DNA from: Octopus sinensis
Taxonomy: Eukaryota
NCBI RefSeq assembly: GCF_006345805.1
Contig: NC_042998.1
Location: 50,096,001 to 50,160,000, forward strand
Length of the DNA stretch: 64,000 bases
Reading direction: 5' to 3'
Of this stretch, positions 40,330 through 53,940 are shown one piece after another. The notes below the pieces were generated by a model, which was given only the letters and a program-made list of their open reading frames with translations, was not told where the DNA came from and did no database searches. Made by a program: the position numbers and the translations under genes. The first letter of the stretch is position 1; every line of letters starts with the position of its first letter.

Positions 40330-42900
40330 GTAGTTGTTGTTGTTGTTGTTGATGTTGATGCTAATGTTATTGTTGTTGTTGTTACTGTTATAGCGGTGAT
40401 GGAAATCGTAACGACGGAAGGTCTCAGATAACCGACTTGATTAATATTTCATCGTATCTCCATCTTCTTGTGACCCCCAGTCAGGATGAAATACCCCCTA
40501 ACGAATAGTCGTCATAGGAAATGGTTGTGGTGGCGACGGTGACGGCGGTGGTGGTGGTTGTGATGGAGGTGATGGTGGTGTTGATGACCGCAGTGGTGGT
40601 GACAGTGGTGATGGTGGTGGTTGTGGTGGTGGTGGTGGGGTTATGGAGGTGGTGGTGATTTGATGGTGATGGCTGTGGTGGTGGTGGTGGTGGTTGGTGT
40701 TGTTTTGGTAGTAGTAACTAATGAAACGAATATCATTCTTCGCCCTTCCCTCACTTCCTTTCTTCTTGCCAATTTACCAAATATCACAAAACACACCACC
40801 ACCACCACCATCACCAGCACCAGCGCCACCACCACCACCACTACCACCACCGCCGCCGCTGCCACCGTCAACATCAATACCACTACTACTATTACCACAA
40901 CCACCACCATTATACCTATTTCTTTATTACCCACAAGGGGCTAAACACAGAGGGGACAAACAAGGAAAGACATAGGTATTAAATCGATTACATCGACCCC
41001 GTGCGTAACTGGTACTTAATTTATCGACCCCGAAAGGATGAAAGGCCAAGTCGACCTCGGCGGAATTTGAACTCACAACGTAACGGCAGACGAAATACCG
41101 CCAAGCATTTCGCCCGGTGCTAACCACCACCACCACCACTACCACCAACACCATCACGACCACCTCACCACCCCCACCCCACCAATTCCTACAATGTACT
41201 AACGATTTCAAAGCTACCGAAAACTGATTCGACCAGCCAGAAATAGCAGCCAAATATCCATAAACTTACGCCCAAACAAAAACGACGATATATACCACCC
41301 ACCCACCAGGTCCTCAGTGTTTACGTAAACATGTAAAATGTGTGAATATACGATAGAACATTTGATTCCGGCCTGGAACAGCATTTTTGGATCATAGTTC
41401 TGTTGAATCAGAGACGACATGGAGCTAAAAAAATAAACAGCAACAACAATAACAACGATATATCATCCGCAAATTCTACCACCACCACCACCACCACCAC
41501 CGCCAGTAACGTCGTCGCCCATTTTTCTGCTCCAATATTTTTTTTTTTTTTACATGTTCAGCTCATTATAAATTTCCTTGGAAACGCCTTGATTCCAATC
41601 AAAACTCTTCAGATCTTCTTCCTTTTTTTTTATCTTCTAGAAATTTCTCCCATCACCCCCCCCCACTCCCACCGCCGCGCGCGCGCGCACACACACACAC
41701 TGCATCGAGATACATCATCATTAGCAGCAGCAGCAGTAGTAGCAGCGCCATCACCATCACCATCACCATCACATCACCATCACCACCGTCATTATCATCA
41801 CCGTCATCATCATCAACGTCATCGTCGTCGTCATTATCATCGTCATCATCAACGTCATCATTCTCCTCGTCTTCATCATCATCATCGTCATCATCATCAT
41901 CATCATCTTTACCATCAGCACCACAACCATCATGATCCTCCTCTCTCCCTTATCATCATCATCATCATCATAATCATCATCACCGCTACTACTGTCACGA
42001 CGACCACCACCAACACCACTACCCATCACCACCACCACCACCACCACCACCACCACCAGGGTCATCCTATAAAGCAACTGTTGCAACAACTATAGAAAGA
42101 CCGAAGAGCAGAGAGAGAGAGAGCGAGAGAGAGAAAGAGAGAGAGAGAGAAAGAGAGCGCGGGAGGGATAGGGAGAGTGGAAGAGAGAGAGAAAGAGAGA
42201 GGGAGTATTAGGGAAAAAAAAGGACATCTGCAGCAATAATGGCAGCAACTAGTGTAGCAATGCAATGCAAACAGTTGCCACAGCCTCAGCAGCAATAACA
42301 ACCAGAGACAATTTTAATTATTTTTCGCAATGTTTATTGTCGGAGTTGCTAACGTTACCATCATCATAATCGTGATCATCCTCAATGTCATTATCAACGC
42401 GAGCACCACCACCGCAAGCAGAACCACCGCCAGCAAAACCACCATCACCACCACCACCGCCGCCGCCACCACCACCACCACCACCAACACCATCACCGGC
42501 ACCACCATTACCACGACCACCACGACGACCACCACCACCACTACCACCAAAACCACCACCACCACCGCCACTACCATCACAAACCACCACCACCACCACC
42601 ACTACCACCGCTGCCGCCGCCACCACCGACACCACCACCACCACCACCACCACCACCATCACAATCACCACCACCACCACCACCGACACCACCACCTCCA
42701 CAACCACCACCACCACCACCATCATCACCAACACCAAGAACATCACCGTCACCACTACCACCAAAAACAACAACAACAACACCAAAGCTATCAGAAACAA
42801 GAACAAAAACAACATTCACAACGATAGCAACAACAACAACGACGATGGCGACAGCAGCATCTGAGGCAGGCTGCAGCACGACCGCCACCAACAGCATCAG
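40330..42900. repeat. large GC-richer triplet-repeat field: (GTT)n, (GGT)n, (ACC)n, (CAT)n, (AAC)n, plus (GA)n
   Basis: Directly visible; source of poly-T, poly-H, poly-P, poly-V and poly-G ORFs. Confidence 0.9.
40914..41123 (-). mobile_element. SINE family A, long-tail variant
   Basis: Core plus tail CCCCTTGTGGGTAATAAAGAAATA(GGTAT) on the minus strand, inside the (ACC)n field. Confidence 0.85.
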
Positions 42901-43092
42901 CAGCCGCCTTCACCATTGACACTATCGCTACCACCAGCAGTTTGGTATCAAAACTGAATTGAATATTACATATCTACCGTATCTCTTCTTACCTGCCAAT
43001 CCAGGTAACATACAATAAAACCAACCATCAGTATAACTATACTACACACACACACTCACAAACTCACACACACACACAATCACACACACTGA

Positions 43093-43126
<34 letters not shown>

Positions 43127-43410
43127 CAAACATTACCAACCGCACATACTCAATGTATATGTTTTGTTTGTTCGTCGGTTCGCTGGAGCTAGCGCTCTGG
43201 AGATGACTCCCTCATAGCACTGGGTATTAAAACACCTGAAAGTCATTATTGCAAACACACACACACACATATAGATAACCTCTTTTTCTTTGCGTTTCAA
43301 AGAGACATTTATATCTGCAGGGCAGCTAACCTCTATGATGGTAGATACCTTTTCCCATCTATCTCAAACAACAATATCCCGTCTTTTATGCTTACATTGG
43401 ATAGAATTAT

Positions 43411-43755
43411 GATGTGAATATTCCACCAGTATTACTTGAGTTGGTGTTTATGAATGTATTCCATAACAAAGGGATTTTGTAAGTTTATTTCAGGACAGTC
43501 TTTTTTGCGGATGGCATTATAAATTGTTTTAGCAACAACATCGTGTCGCATAGGGAGGTAGTACCGTAACGACATTTTAGGACAGCTGCTAATCACATGC
43601 GTAATGTCTTCCACTGAAACATGACGTAGCCTACACATGCGGTTGCATTTTGGGATTATAAGTGCGTCACTGCCTCTCTTGTTCACCAGGTACTTTGTGA
43701 CAATCTCCTGTTCCTGGATTGCAAACGCATAGCCTTCAAAGTGTGAAGTGATGTA
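43411..43755 (-). mobile_element. R4/Dong-like REL LINE fragment (thumb and CCHC zinc-knuckle region)
   Basis: YITSHFEGYAFAIQEQEIVTKYLVNKR...CRLRHVSVEDITHVISSCPKMSLRYYLPMRHDVVAKTIYNAIR...KHQLK*YWWNIHI has the CR.C...E...H....C knuckle (second Cys mutated) and the RHD motif; one in-frame stop. Confidence 0.85.
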
Positions 43756-43849
43756 GTATGTGTAATGTATGTATGTATGTATGTATGTATGTATGTATGT
43801 ATGTATGTATGTATGTATGTATGTGTGTATGTATGTATGTATGTATGTA

Positions 43850-44966
43850 TGTGTACAGATTTGTATGTTTTGTTTATGTATGTATTCTCATACATATACA
43901 GGGTACGTAAGGTATTTGAAGACACACCTTTTATAGGCCATTGCTGTATTTTTGCTAACTCTGTATAATCTTTGTTTCAGAAAATATTAATAGCAGTCCC
44001 TCAGCTTACTCAAGAAATGAAGAGACATACTGTTATTGTGGTTATAAAGGCTGAAGAAATGACAAAAGGTTATGTGCAGACCCTTCTGAAATTCCGAGTG
44101 TTATGTATACAAAATTTCCTGCAGGTGTCATGGTTTTAGGGGTGTCAGCAATGAAGGACATGTGATGCCTCCTTACTTCTTTCCACAAGGACATAGAGTT
44201 AACTCTGCCGCCTACATTGAAGTCCTGGAAATAATTAAGCCCTGGATAGGCTGTAAATGCAGTGGAAGGCTATATGTGTTTCAGTAAGACTCTGCACTAT
44301 CACACATAGCTTTAGTAACACAGGAATGGATGGCTGAAAATTTTCATGATCACATAATCCCTAACATTTGGCCTCCTAATTCCTCAGATCCCACTCCATT
44401 GGACTATTACATGTGGAGCATTGATGAGAGAGGCCAATGAACACGCCCATAACACCAAGGATACTTTGAAAGATGACATAGTCAGAGTAATGTCCAAAAT
44501 GAACCAGGACCACTTGATTCGAGCATGTAGATGATTTAGATCTCATACAGAAGCAGTTTTTGAAGCTGAAGGTGGCTTTATTGAATAACCTTATAGAAAA
44601 GAAGGTTTATTTTTATCTTCATAGCATTTTTTGATAAATAAAGTTATTATCTGTTATTTTATATCTGTTTTTTTTTTTATATATATAAACATAACTGTCC
44701 TCAGCTATCTTACGCACCCTGTAGTTGCATATCTAGACATGCTCATATATACTTAAATGATAAAGTTCTAGAAAGTTTTACAGATTTTTACAGTTCCAGT
44801 GATGGATTGGATCTGTAGTCTTCGAATCAGTTTTCTCGTTTCTGGATTTGAGAAGCTCAGTTCTTCAAGACTGGTATTTAGGTAGTGTGTTATATATCCC
44901 AGGGCCCCAGTGATTACAGGTATAAATCTAGATAGAGTAACTGCAAATTTCTCAATAGTTTAGCAT
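43850..44966 (-). mobile_element. 3' end of a REL LINE, interrupted by the maT element
   Basis: AKLLRNLQLLY/RFIPVITGALGYITHYLNTSLEELSFSNPETRKLIRRLQIQSITGTVKICKTF*NFII* (44966 to about 44752). The inferred 3' UTR runs to 44724, resumes at 43898 beyond the maT insertion and ends in (TACA)n. Confidence 0.75.
43899..44721 (+). mobile_element. Tc1/mariner DD37D (maT-type) transposon, internally deleted
   Basis: TA|CAGGGTACGTAAGGTATTTGAAGACA left end, right-end reverse complement CAGGGTGCGTAAGATAGCTGAGGACA, TA on both flanks. Pseudo-ORF 44056-44588 reads TKFPAGVMVLG/VSNEGHVMPP...FQ*DSALSH...WPPNSSDPTPLDYY...EAEGGFIE*, with 37 residues between the second and third catalytic Asp. N-terminus and first Asp deleted. 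Confidence 0.9.
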
Positions 44967-45539
44967 GTATGTATGTATGTATGTATGTATGTATGTATGT
45001 ATGTATGCATGTATGTATTGAATATTGATGGCGATAGTGGTGCTATAAAATTCATTAAAATAGTCACAACATACCTAAGCAAAAAAAAATTGTATTTGTT
45101 TTTGTTCATTAAAACTTTTGTTTAATAAGGCGATCGAATACTGGTTTCTACAATTTAGTAGAATGATGGTGAGGGCGTACATATTGGATAAAAATCTACT
45201 TGTATTGACTTCATAAAACCGCTTGCAGCATCAACAATAACAGCAGGAATAGAAGCTACAAGTCTTGTCTCCAACGACATCCCCAGCATGAATAGTAATT
45301 CTCCTACCATCACGACAACGACAGCAGGAACACAAACACAACTCTAGATTAACTTGCCTAATGACATAGTCCTGAAATAATCCCATTTATATCAGATCCT
45401 AGCTTTAAACTTTCTGAGTCACCAATCATCTCGGTGTAAAGGTTGGATGGACAAGCATATAAGGGAGTTTGAGAAGGAGCGGGATGGATTGATAGGGGGA
45501 ATGAAAGACAGATACACATAGGCGTGCGGATACACACAG

Positions 45540-46130
<591 letters not shown>

Positions 46131-46269
46131 TATATGTATGTATAGGATGTTAGTTCCCTGATAGGATAAGAGATGAGCCGGTGATGAGTAAGAAGATCAT
46201 GTTTTCTGCTCGAGCAGTTGTAACGAACCTGTATGGGACAAGGTGAACGGATTGCATACAAGCACGGGT

Positions 46270-46305
46270 AGAGGATGGCTGGGGGGGGTCGGTGGCAGCA
46301 GCAGC

Positions 46306-46351
<46 letters not shown>

Positions 46352-46575
46352 GTAGTAGTAGTAGTAGTAGTAATGGCGGTTGTTGTGTCCTTGGTGGTGG
46401 CGATGGTAGTTGCGATAGTTGTGGTGGTAGTGGTGGTGATGGTGGTGGCGTTGGTGGTGGGGGTAGGGCCGGTCATGGAGACTGGATATTATGGAGGTGC
46501 TAGAAATTGTTGTTGGTGTTGTTTTTGTTTTGTATTTGTAATTGTTATTTTGCCGATGTTGTTCTTCTTGCTTTC

Positions 46576-46620
<45 letters not shown>

Positions 46621-47060
46621 TGTTGGTGTTGTTGTTGTTGCTGTTGGATATGGTGGTGGTGGTGGTGGCGATGGTATTGAGAAATAATGTTTCGCGCTGT
46701 TCGTGAATGAGTGGGTAGGAAGGAGAAGTGCGATGAAGCAGTTTGAGTTATGACGTCGTAATGAAGGTAATAGGGATGGTGGAATTGGCGGTGGTGGTGA
46801 CGAAGGTGGGAGAGGGGGTAACAATGATGGCGGCAGTGTTGACACTGCTTGTAGATGATAAAGCTGATTGCGTATGTGGTGGTAGTGAAGGTGGTGTTGA
46901 TGTTGATGGTGGTGGTCGTGGTCGTGGTGGTTTTAATGGTGGTGATTGAGATGATGGCTGTGTTAGTGCTAGTGATACTAATGATAATGAAGGCGATAGT
47001 GTCGACCATGTTAGTAGAAGTGGGAATGTTATTTTTGTTGTTGCTGTTGTTCTTGCTGTT
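46270..47060. repeat. (ATT)n/(AGT)n/(GGT)n/(GAT)n triplet field
   Basis: Directly visible. Confidence 0.9.
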
Positions 47061-47064
47061 ATTG

Positions 47065-47420
47065 AAGGTGAGGATCTGGTAGAAAGGCTAACATGCCGGA
47101 CAAAATGCTTAGCGACATTTCATCCGTTTTAATGTTCTGAGTTAAAATTCTGCCGAGGTCGACTTTACCTTTCATCTTTTCGGGATCGATAAAATAAGTA
47201 CCAGATTAATACTGGGGTCCATGTAATCGACTCACCGTCTCACCCAAAATTGCTGCCTAGTGGTAAAATTTGAAACTATCATCATCATCATCATCATTAT
47301 TTTAAGGCGGCGAGCTGGCGGAATCGTTACCACGCTGGGTGAAATGCTTAGCGGTATTTCGTCTGGCGCCACGTTCTGAGTTCAAATTCTGCCGAGGTCG
47401 ACTTTTCCTTTCATTCTTTC
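47065..47420 (+). mobile_element. two SINE family A copies (47065-47277; 47304-47420, 3'-truncated)
   Basis: Heads AAGG.G..GA.CTGG, GAGTT.AAATTCTGCCGAGGTCGACTT cores, separated by (ATC)n. Confidence 0.8.
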
Positions 47421-47874
47421 GCGCACACACACATACACACACAAACATACATGTGAACGAGTGTGACTGTGTGTGTGTGTGTGTGTGTGTGCGTGTGCGT
47501 GTGTGTGTGTGTGTGTGCGTGTGTGTGTGAGTTTGCATGTTTGTGTATGTATATGGGTGTAATTGAAAACAATGGACAAAGAGAGAAACGAAACGATTGA
47601 GACGCTTGAACATTATACGGACAGACACATATATATGTTATATATATATGTGTGTGTGTGTGTGTGCTTGCGTATGTATGTGTATGTACGAATGTATGTA
47701 TGTGTGTCTGCGTGTGTATGTGTATATATATATATGCGTATATGTATGCATGTGTGTATATATCTAAATCTATAACTAACTATCCATCTATATATCTATC
47801 TATCTATCTATCTGTCTGTTTATCTATCTATCTCTCTGTCTGTTTGTCTATCTATCTATCTCTCTGTCTGTTTG

Positions 47875-47905
<31 letters not shown>

Positions 47906-48050
47906 CTCTGTCTGTTTGTCTAACTATCTATCTATCTCTCTCTCTGTCTGTTGTCTATCTATCTATCTATCTATCTATCTCTCTGTCTGTTTGTCTATCT
48001 ATCTATCTATCTATCTTTTTCTGTACACACACACACACATACATACATAT
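47420..48050. repeat. (CA)n/(TG)n/(TATC)n/(TCTG)n compound microsatellite
   Basis: Directly visible. Confidence 0.95.
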
Positions 48051-48488
48051 GTATTATATACCTGTAAGAAGTTGACGTTCATTTGCAAGGTTCTGTGTTG
48101 TTCAACTTAATAGTTTTACATTCGGTCGCCCTTTTCCACTCCTAACCTCTCGACCATGACGTAACAAGGTTAACCGAAACATCTAGAGCCTTGTACTTTG
48201 TCTCGCGACACAATATGATAGCTTTAGGAGTAAGATTCTGCGAATGCTGATGACCATGAGTGGAAAAGTGAAATGACACACATACACACATACACGTGTA
48301 TGAGTATCACATAATACATACATACATACATATGTATATGAATGTATAAACACATTTTAGACATACATATTCACACATGTATTTGTATATATATATATAT
48401 ATGTGTGCGTGTGTATGTGTTTGTGTGTGTATATATATATATGTATGTGTGTGTGTTTGTGTGTCTGTATTATGTATTTAAATAAATA

Positions 48489-48580
<92 letters not shown>

Positions 48581-48800
48581 CGCATAAGATTATGTATATG
48601 CACACATATATGAGCGTATGCATATAAGTTTATATAAGTGTGTGTGTGTGTGTATGTGTGTGCGCCCATATGTGTGACATTTATATGATGTGCAAGTGTG
48701 TCTGTACCCATATATATATATCTGTATCTATACATGTTTGTGTGCGTACAACATAAAAGACAGAAAGAGAGACAGACAGACAGAGAAGTAGAGAGAAAGC

Positions 48801-48838
<38 letters not shown>

Positions 48839-49234
48839 GAGCGAGGACGGAGAGAAAGAGAGCGTTAGATGCTATCACCTAATATTTAACTATGTATAGC
48901 CTTCAAGGAATTTCCAATCAGGTTTTATGTTTTCCAATCTGATAGCTTTTGAGGAATATGGTCAATAACTGCTGTGTGCATTTTATTACATCCAAATGCA
49001 ATATCAGGTTCGTGCATGGATTGTGTAATAATATATATTTTACTGCTTTTAGATCGTTCCTGAGGTTAAACATCAAGCCAACAGCCTGTTTTGCCTCCCA
49101 ACCTTAACGAGATATTCAATAGACGCGAAATGGGCGAGCGGACTATTTTGTCTACTATGGATTCATATACATGGCTGCTGCTGAATTCTTGTGTTTCTGA
49201 GCAGAACTTTTTATTCTGGATTGCTTTATTTCAG

Positions 49235-49328
49235 TTCGATGTTTGGTGTTGCGGTTGTGGTGGTGGTGGTGGTGGTGGGCGTGCTATATCACCTGGGGAT
49301 CTCTTATATGCTCAAACGAGCCAGCAGC
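49235..49328 (+). CDS. candidate exon encoding a hydrophobic segment (unverified)
   Basis: Acceptor TTGCTTTATTTCAG (alternative at 49052), strong donor AGC|GTAAGT. One frame gives SMFGVAVVVVVVVVGVLYHLGISYMLKRASS, but all three frames are open and the Val run is a (GTG)n repeat. Confidence 0.25.
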
Positions 49329-49682
49329 GTAAGTATCGCTACGTGATCTATCAACCTAACTGGATTTTGCAACTCGAATTTCCCTCAAATTACAGCCTAC
49401 CATATTAAACGATGGATGTATTGGAGAAAGTAGTCCCCTATACGCATATCGATGGAAATTGTCTAGTTACGGTTGAAAAACTTCCAGTGATGAAACACGG
49501 CTGACTTTGGGCTATACAGCTACAACAGTATGCGATAAATTTCCGCAACAAACTTACTCTTGTTTGAAAATAAAATCTATGGGCCAAATCTCAAATGATT
49601 ATAGGAATAGACTCAACATAGGAAAATTGCAGTTGAATCTCCCTAAAAACTCATCGTACAATAATGTACGAGTAATACACTC

Positions 49683-50038
49683 TTTTACTTGCTTCAGTCA
49701 TTTGACTGCGGCCATGCTGGAGCACCGCCTTTTAGTCGAGGAAATCGACCCCAGGACTTATTCTTTGTAAGCCTAGTACTTATTCTATCGGTCTCTTTTG
49801 CCGAACAAATAAGTTACGGGGACGTAAACACACCACCATCGGTTGTCAAACGATGTTGGGGGGACAAACACGAACACATATATATATACACATATATACG
49901 ACGGGCTTCTTTCAGTTTCCGTCTACCAAATCCACTCACAAGGCTTTGGTCAGCCCGAGGCTATAGTAGAAGACACTTGCCCAAGGTACCACGCAGTGGG
50001 ACTGAACCCGGAACTATGTGGTTGGTAAGTAAGCTACT
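49683..50038 (-). mobile_element. SINE family B, full length
   Basis: Collinear with 14089-14570 in reverse; short internal (TA/CA) spacer. Confidence 0.85.
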
Positions 50039-52690
50039 GAGGTTACTTTCATCGACTAATCCCTCACTCAGGTTTTTAAACTTTTTCTGTTATAAATTAT
50101 TCGAAGCGGCGGATTAGTAAATTCATTACAGCATGAACGACACTCGACGTTCTGATTTCACATCCCTCCAAAGTTAATTCGCTTTGCATTTTTCTCGGGG
50201 TTAATAAATTAAAGTACCAGTCCAGTGCAAGAAAGAATAGATGTAATGGAATATATACATCATATACAAATCTGAGGATCTGCGTCTTTGTAAGAAATTA
50301 TGTAAAAAAATTATTTCATCTTTCGCCAAGCCATCAAAAACATACTCAATATTTCACTTGTCCGTGTTTGGGTCCTTGCACATCTATACTTGCCTGAGAG
50401 ATTTTTTTTCTTTTCTGATATCCTTTTTTCCAAGCGAATATATTGAGAGGTCTCGAATGATTTTAGAAAAGCATTTGTACCATCGTATTCAGCAAACATT
50501 ATGTAGCTGACATTTAAACATACTATATCTTTTAGAAACCAATATCCACATTGAACTTATTCCTGTAAGATTCAATATCCTATCCTCCTCTAAAGAAGAA
50601 ATTTATGAATTTATTTATTTTAAATATATTCACAATTTATTGTTAATGTCAACAATTTGACTTTTATACACGGAAACCCCATCAAAGATGTTTTTCTCTC
50701 TTAAGTTCACGGTATCAGAAACGTTTCCTCTTTCATTCATTTGACATCAAAGCATAACGTAGGTTTAACCTAGTTAATGTATTATTTGAATTATGAGAAA
50801 CAAGAACAGTATATAATTGTTTCGTAAAAATTCATCATCGAATTTTAAAATTAGCTTTAAGACAGCTTGTTATGTTACGTTAGCAATTCAGCAGATTTCA
50901 GCATATTTCTAACTTATGCGCTTCTATAATGTCATTTTAATTCATTTATACAAACTTAAGTGGTATTTGGGGTGGATGGGCGGGTGGAAGTTGTTGATTA
51001 TCATTGCTTTTTAAGACTGTTGAATTGACAAAATAAGAATCAGTTGGATGATAAGCAGTAATTTCAATAATTGAGTTCAAACTACACTTCGTTCAACTTT
51101 CCCTTTCAACCTTTGTGGTTCGATAAAATGAAGTACATTTCGTTGTTGATATTTTTTAACCCCAGACATTTGATGAAAAATGTGTTCCAGCCGTTTGAAT
51201 TTTCTCCAGGTCGAATAGCCCATCCTGTTAAAAAATTCCCCGATTAAAGTTTTGTTTAAAGACAATGAACGAAACACTCATGTTTCCAAGGGTGAATTAT
51301 TAAAACCCCAAAGAATCCAACAATGAGATCGAAGACGAAAAATGGGTAACGGGTATATATACCATATTTCGAGAGATTTTGCTCCTTTGTCTGCTCCTAA
51401 CCAACCCATTAACTATCCACGAGCTAATATGATTGTATAACGAAATATCATGTCCCTACAAGTCATTTATTTATCCAATATATCCGTCATTCTTGTTTCT
51501 CATAAGTTGATAAAGTGTAATTTGAGGGAAATTTGGTTACTATTTCTGTCAGGTGTAGCAACCACCAAAAGATGCTATCCCTTTTGCTCATAAGGAATGA
51601 AAGTGTTTCGGTCAAACTTTCTGCCCGCGAACAAAGTAAAAAAGTACTTTTTTTAATGAATATGTAATCAATTGTAACTGGCCGAAGATAATACCTAACG
51701 ATGAGATAATGGCGTATTCGTATATTAATTATTTCTCTCAGCAGACTATTCATAAACTAAGAACCGTTATGTAAAGAGCCTCATACAATTTATGCTTTAC
51801 TTCTCTCAGTTTATTTATGGCTTCAATTTTTGAAATTAACTTTAGATGAGAAAGTGCTAATTTAGATTCATAAATTTCGGTAAAGGAAATTAGCATTTCA
51901 AATGCAATTTTTGAGACTTTAGGGTTCCTGATAACCATATAAATTCAAAATTCCCAAAAGGTAAATTATTAAAATTTGTGCTCTGCACCATAATTGTTGA
52001 TAAAACCTATAAGTTGCTCCGGAATGATTATAATTCTGTCTGCAAATTAGTTAAACCGAGTGAAAATGAATTTCTGATTAGAACATTAAATTTTGATCAG
52101 TTCTCGGAAATATCGCAACTGTTCTTTCTTGAGAAGCTATAACTTGTTCTTTATAGAAACCGTTTTGAAAAACGAAGAAAAAAATTAAAGAAAAAGGAAG
52201 AACTGAATAGAACCGAATGTAATTTTAGAATGCAGTTTGCAATCCCTATTGACTTTTATGTTTGTATCCTAGGAAACCATGTGCCCTACTTTAAAATGAA
52301 TGGCTGCAAATTGCCCCAGTTAACTTAATGAACGGTATTAAGGTGACATCAATGAGAGAGTCGGCGTTTCATTATTGAGCAGAATAATGGCTGACAGGAT
52401 AAAGCGTTGACATCTCAAATTATCGGTTGCCAGTTCGTTCATATCATAATAACAAAGCAGTTAGCTTCTTCATGGAAAAAAAATGTCAGTTTGCTGCCAC
52501 ATTGGTCAATCATTCATTTAAAGCCTGTCAATTTTGTGCTGTGGCTCCGTTGTGACATGAGGAAACATCTCAAAAGAAGAAACTATAGGTTGTCTTCCCA
52601 TCTAATGCTTTGATAATTTTGAAGTGTGGTATTCGAAAAATCCCTTGGGTGAAATTCTCTTTAGAATTTGTATTGATAGTCAGAGATTAT

Positions 52691-52876
52691 AAGGCGGTGA
52701 GCTGGCAGAATCGTTAGAACGCTGGATGAAATGCTTAGCGGTATTTCGCCCGTCTCTCCGTTCTGAGTTCAAATTCCAGCCTTTCAACCTTTCGGAGTCG
52801 ATAAAATAAGTACCAGCAGATGTAATCGACTCATACCCTCCCATAAAATTGCTGCGCTTGTGGCAAAATTTGAAAC

Positions 52877-52909
<33 letters not shown>

Positions 52910-53143
52910 CATTATTACAAAGGCGGCGAGCTGACAGCAACAGTATTATGCCGAGCGAAATGCTTAGCAGCGTTTCGCCCGTCTTACGTTCTGAGTTCAA
53001 ATTCCACTGAGGCCGACTTTGCCCTTCAACCCTCCGGGGTCGATAAAGTAAATACCAGTTTGAGTACTTTGGGTTGAATGTAATCGACTTATCCCCGCCA
53101 CCCCAATTTTTTTTTTATTTATCTTGTGGCGAAATTTGAAATC
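52691..53143 (+). mobile_element. two tandem SINE family A copies separated by (ATT)n
   Basis: AAGGCGG.GAGCTG.CAG heads at 52691 and 52920; cores GTCGATAAA.TAA.TACCAG. Confidence 0.8.
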
Positions 53144-53439
53144 AATATTCAGAAAATATATGCACAGTGACCGAATGGTTAAGAAGTTCAATTTGCAACG
53201 ATGAAGTTCCGGGTTCGATCCCATTGCGTGACATCTTGGGCAAACGTCATTTAATTTAGCCCCGGACCGACGAAGGAAATCAGCTTGACGGTAACTGTAT
53301 AGCAAGCTGTCATGTGGATTGTAACTTTAATTCACACAATGCCATGTTGATTCTGCCTGAAGATTACGTTAAGTGTACACCTGTCTTTAGAATGCTGATC
53401 TACTTAGAGATCCATTCAAGAGCAGATAATGCATAGGCG

Positions 53440-53723
53440 AACGACAGAGATCCACCGTCACTGGCACCACCGCCGCCGCTACCCTTGTTGCTATCGCTGC
53501 CGCTGCTGTCACCGTTGACGCCGCTGCTGTCGCCGCAACAGTTGCCATCACCAACACTACTGGTACCATCTCCAACATCACCAACCACCACCACCGCCAC
53601 TACCACCACCTCCAGCAACAACAACAACGACTATTCATAGTGGGCTGAACACAATAAAGAGTTACTACTACTACCACTGATGCTGCTAATATTACTACTA
53701 CTGATGCTAATATTACTACTACA

Positions 53724-53760
<37 letters not shown>

Positions 53761-53761
53761 A

Positions 53762-53795
<34 letters not shown>

Positions 53796-53866
53796 CCCTC
53801 CCCCTACTACTACTACTACTACTACTACTACAGCTGCTACTTCTACTACTACAACTGCTGTTGCTG

Positions 53867-53910
<44 letters not shown>

Positions 53911-53940
53911 GCTACTACTACTGTTACTACTACTACTACT
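53440..53940. repeat. (CCG/ACC)n, (CTG)n and (CTA)n triplet field
   Basis: Directly visible. Confidence 0.9.

Noticed and set aside
41403-42897. Poly-His, poly-Thr, poly-Pro and poly-Gly ORFs up to 230 aa
   Set aside because: Triplet-repeat field open in several frames on both strands; no unique domain or splice context.
48145-48190. ATGACGTAACAAGGTTAACCGAAACATCTAGAG as a decayed hammerhead
   Set aside because: CUGANGA core not present; only GAAAC and a weak stem remain.
52290-52560. Unique stretch rich in TAAT, TGACAG and GATAA motifs (enhancer-like)
   Set aside because: Short motifs are expected by chance in AT-rich DNA; needs conservation or chromatin data.
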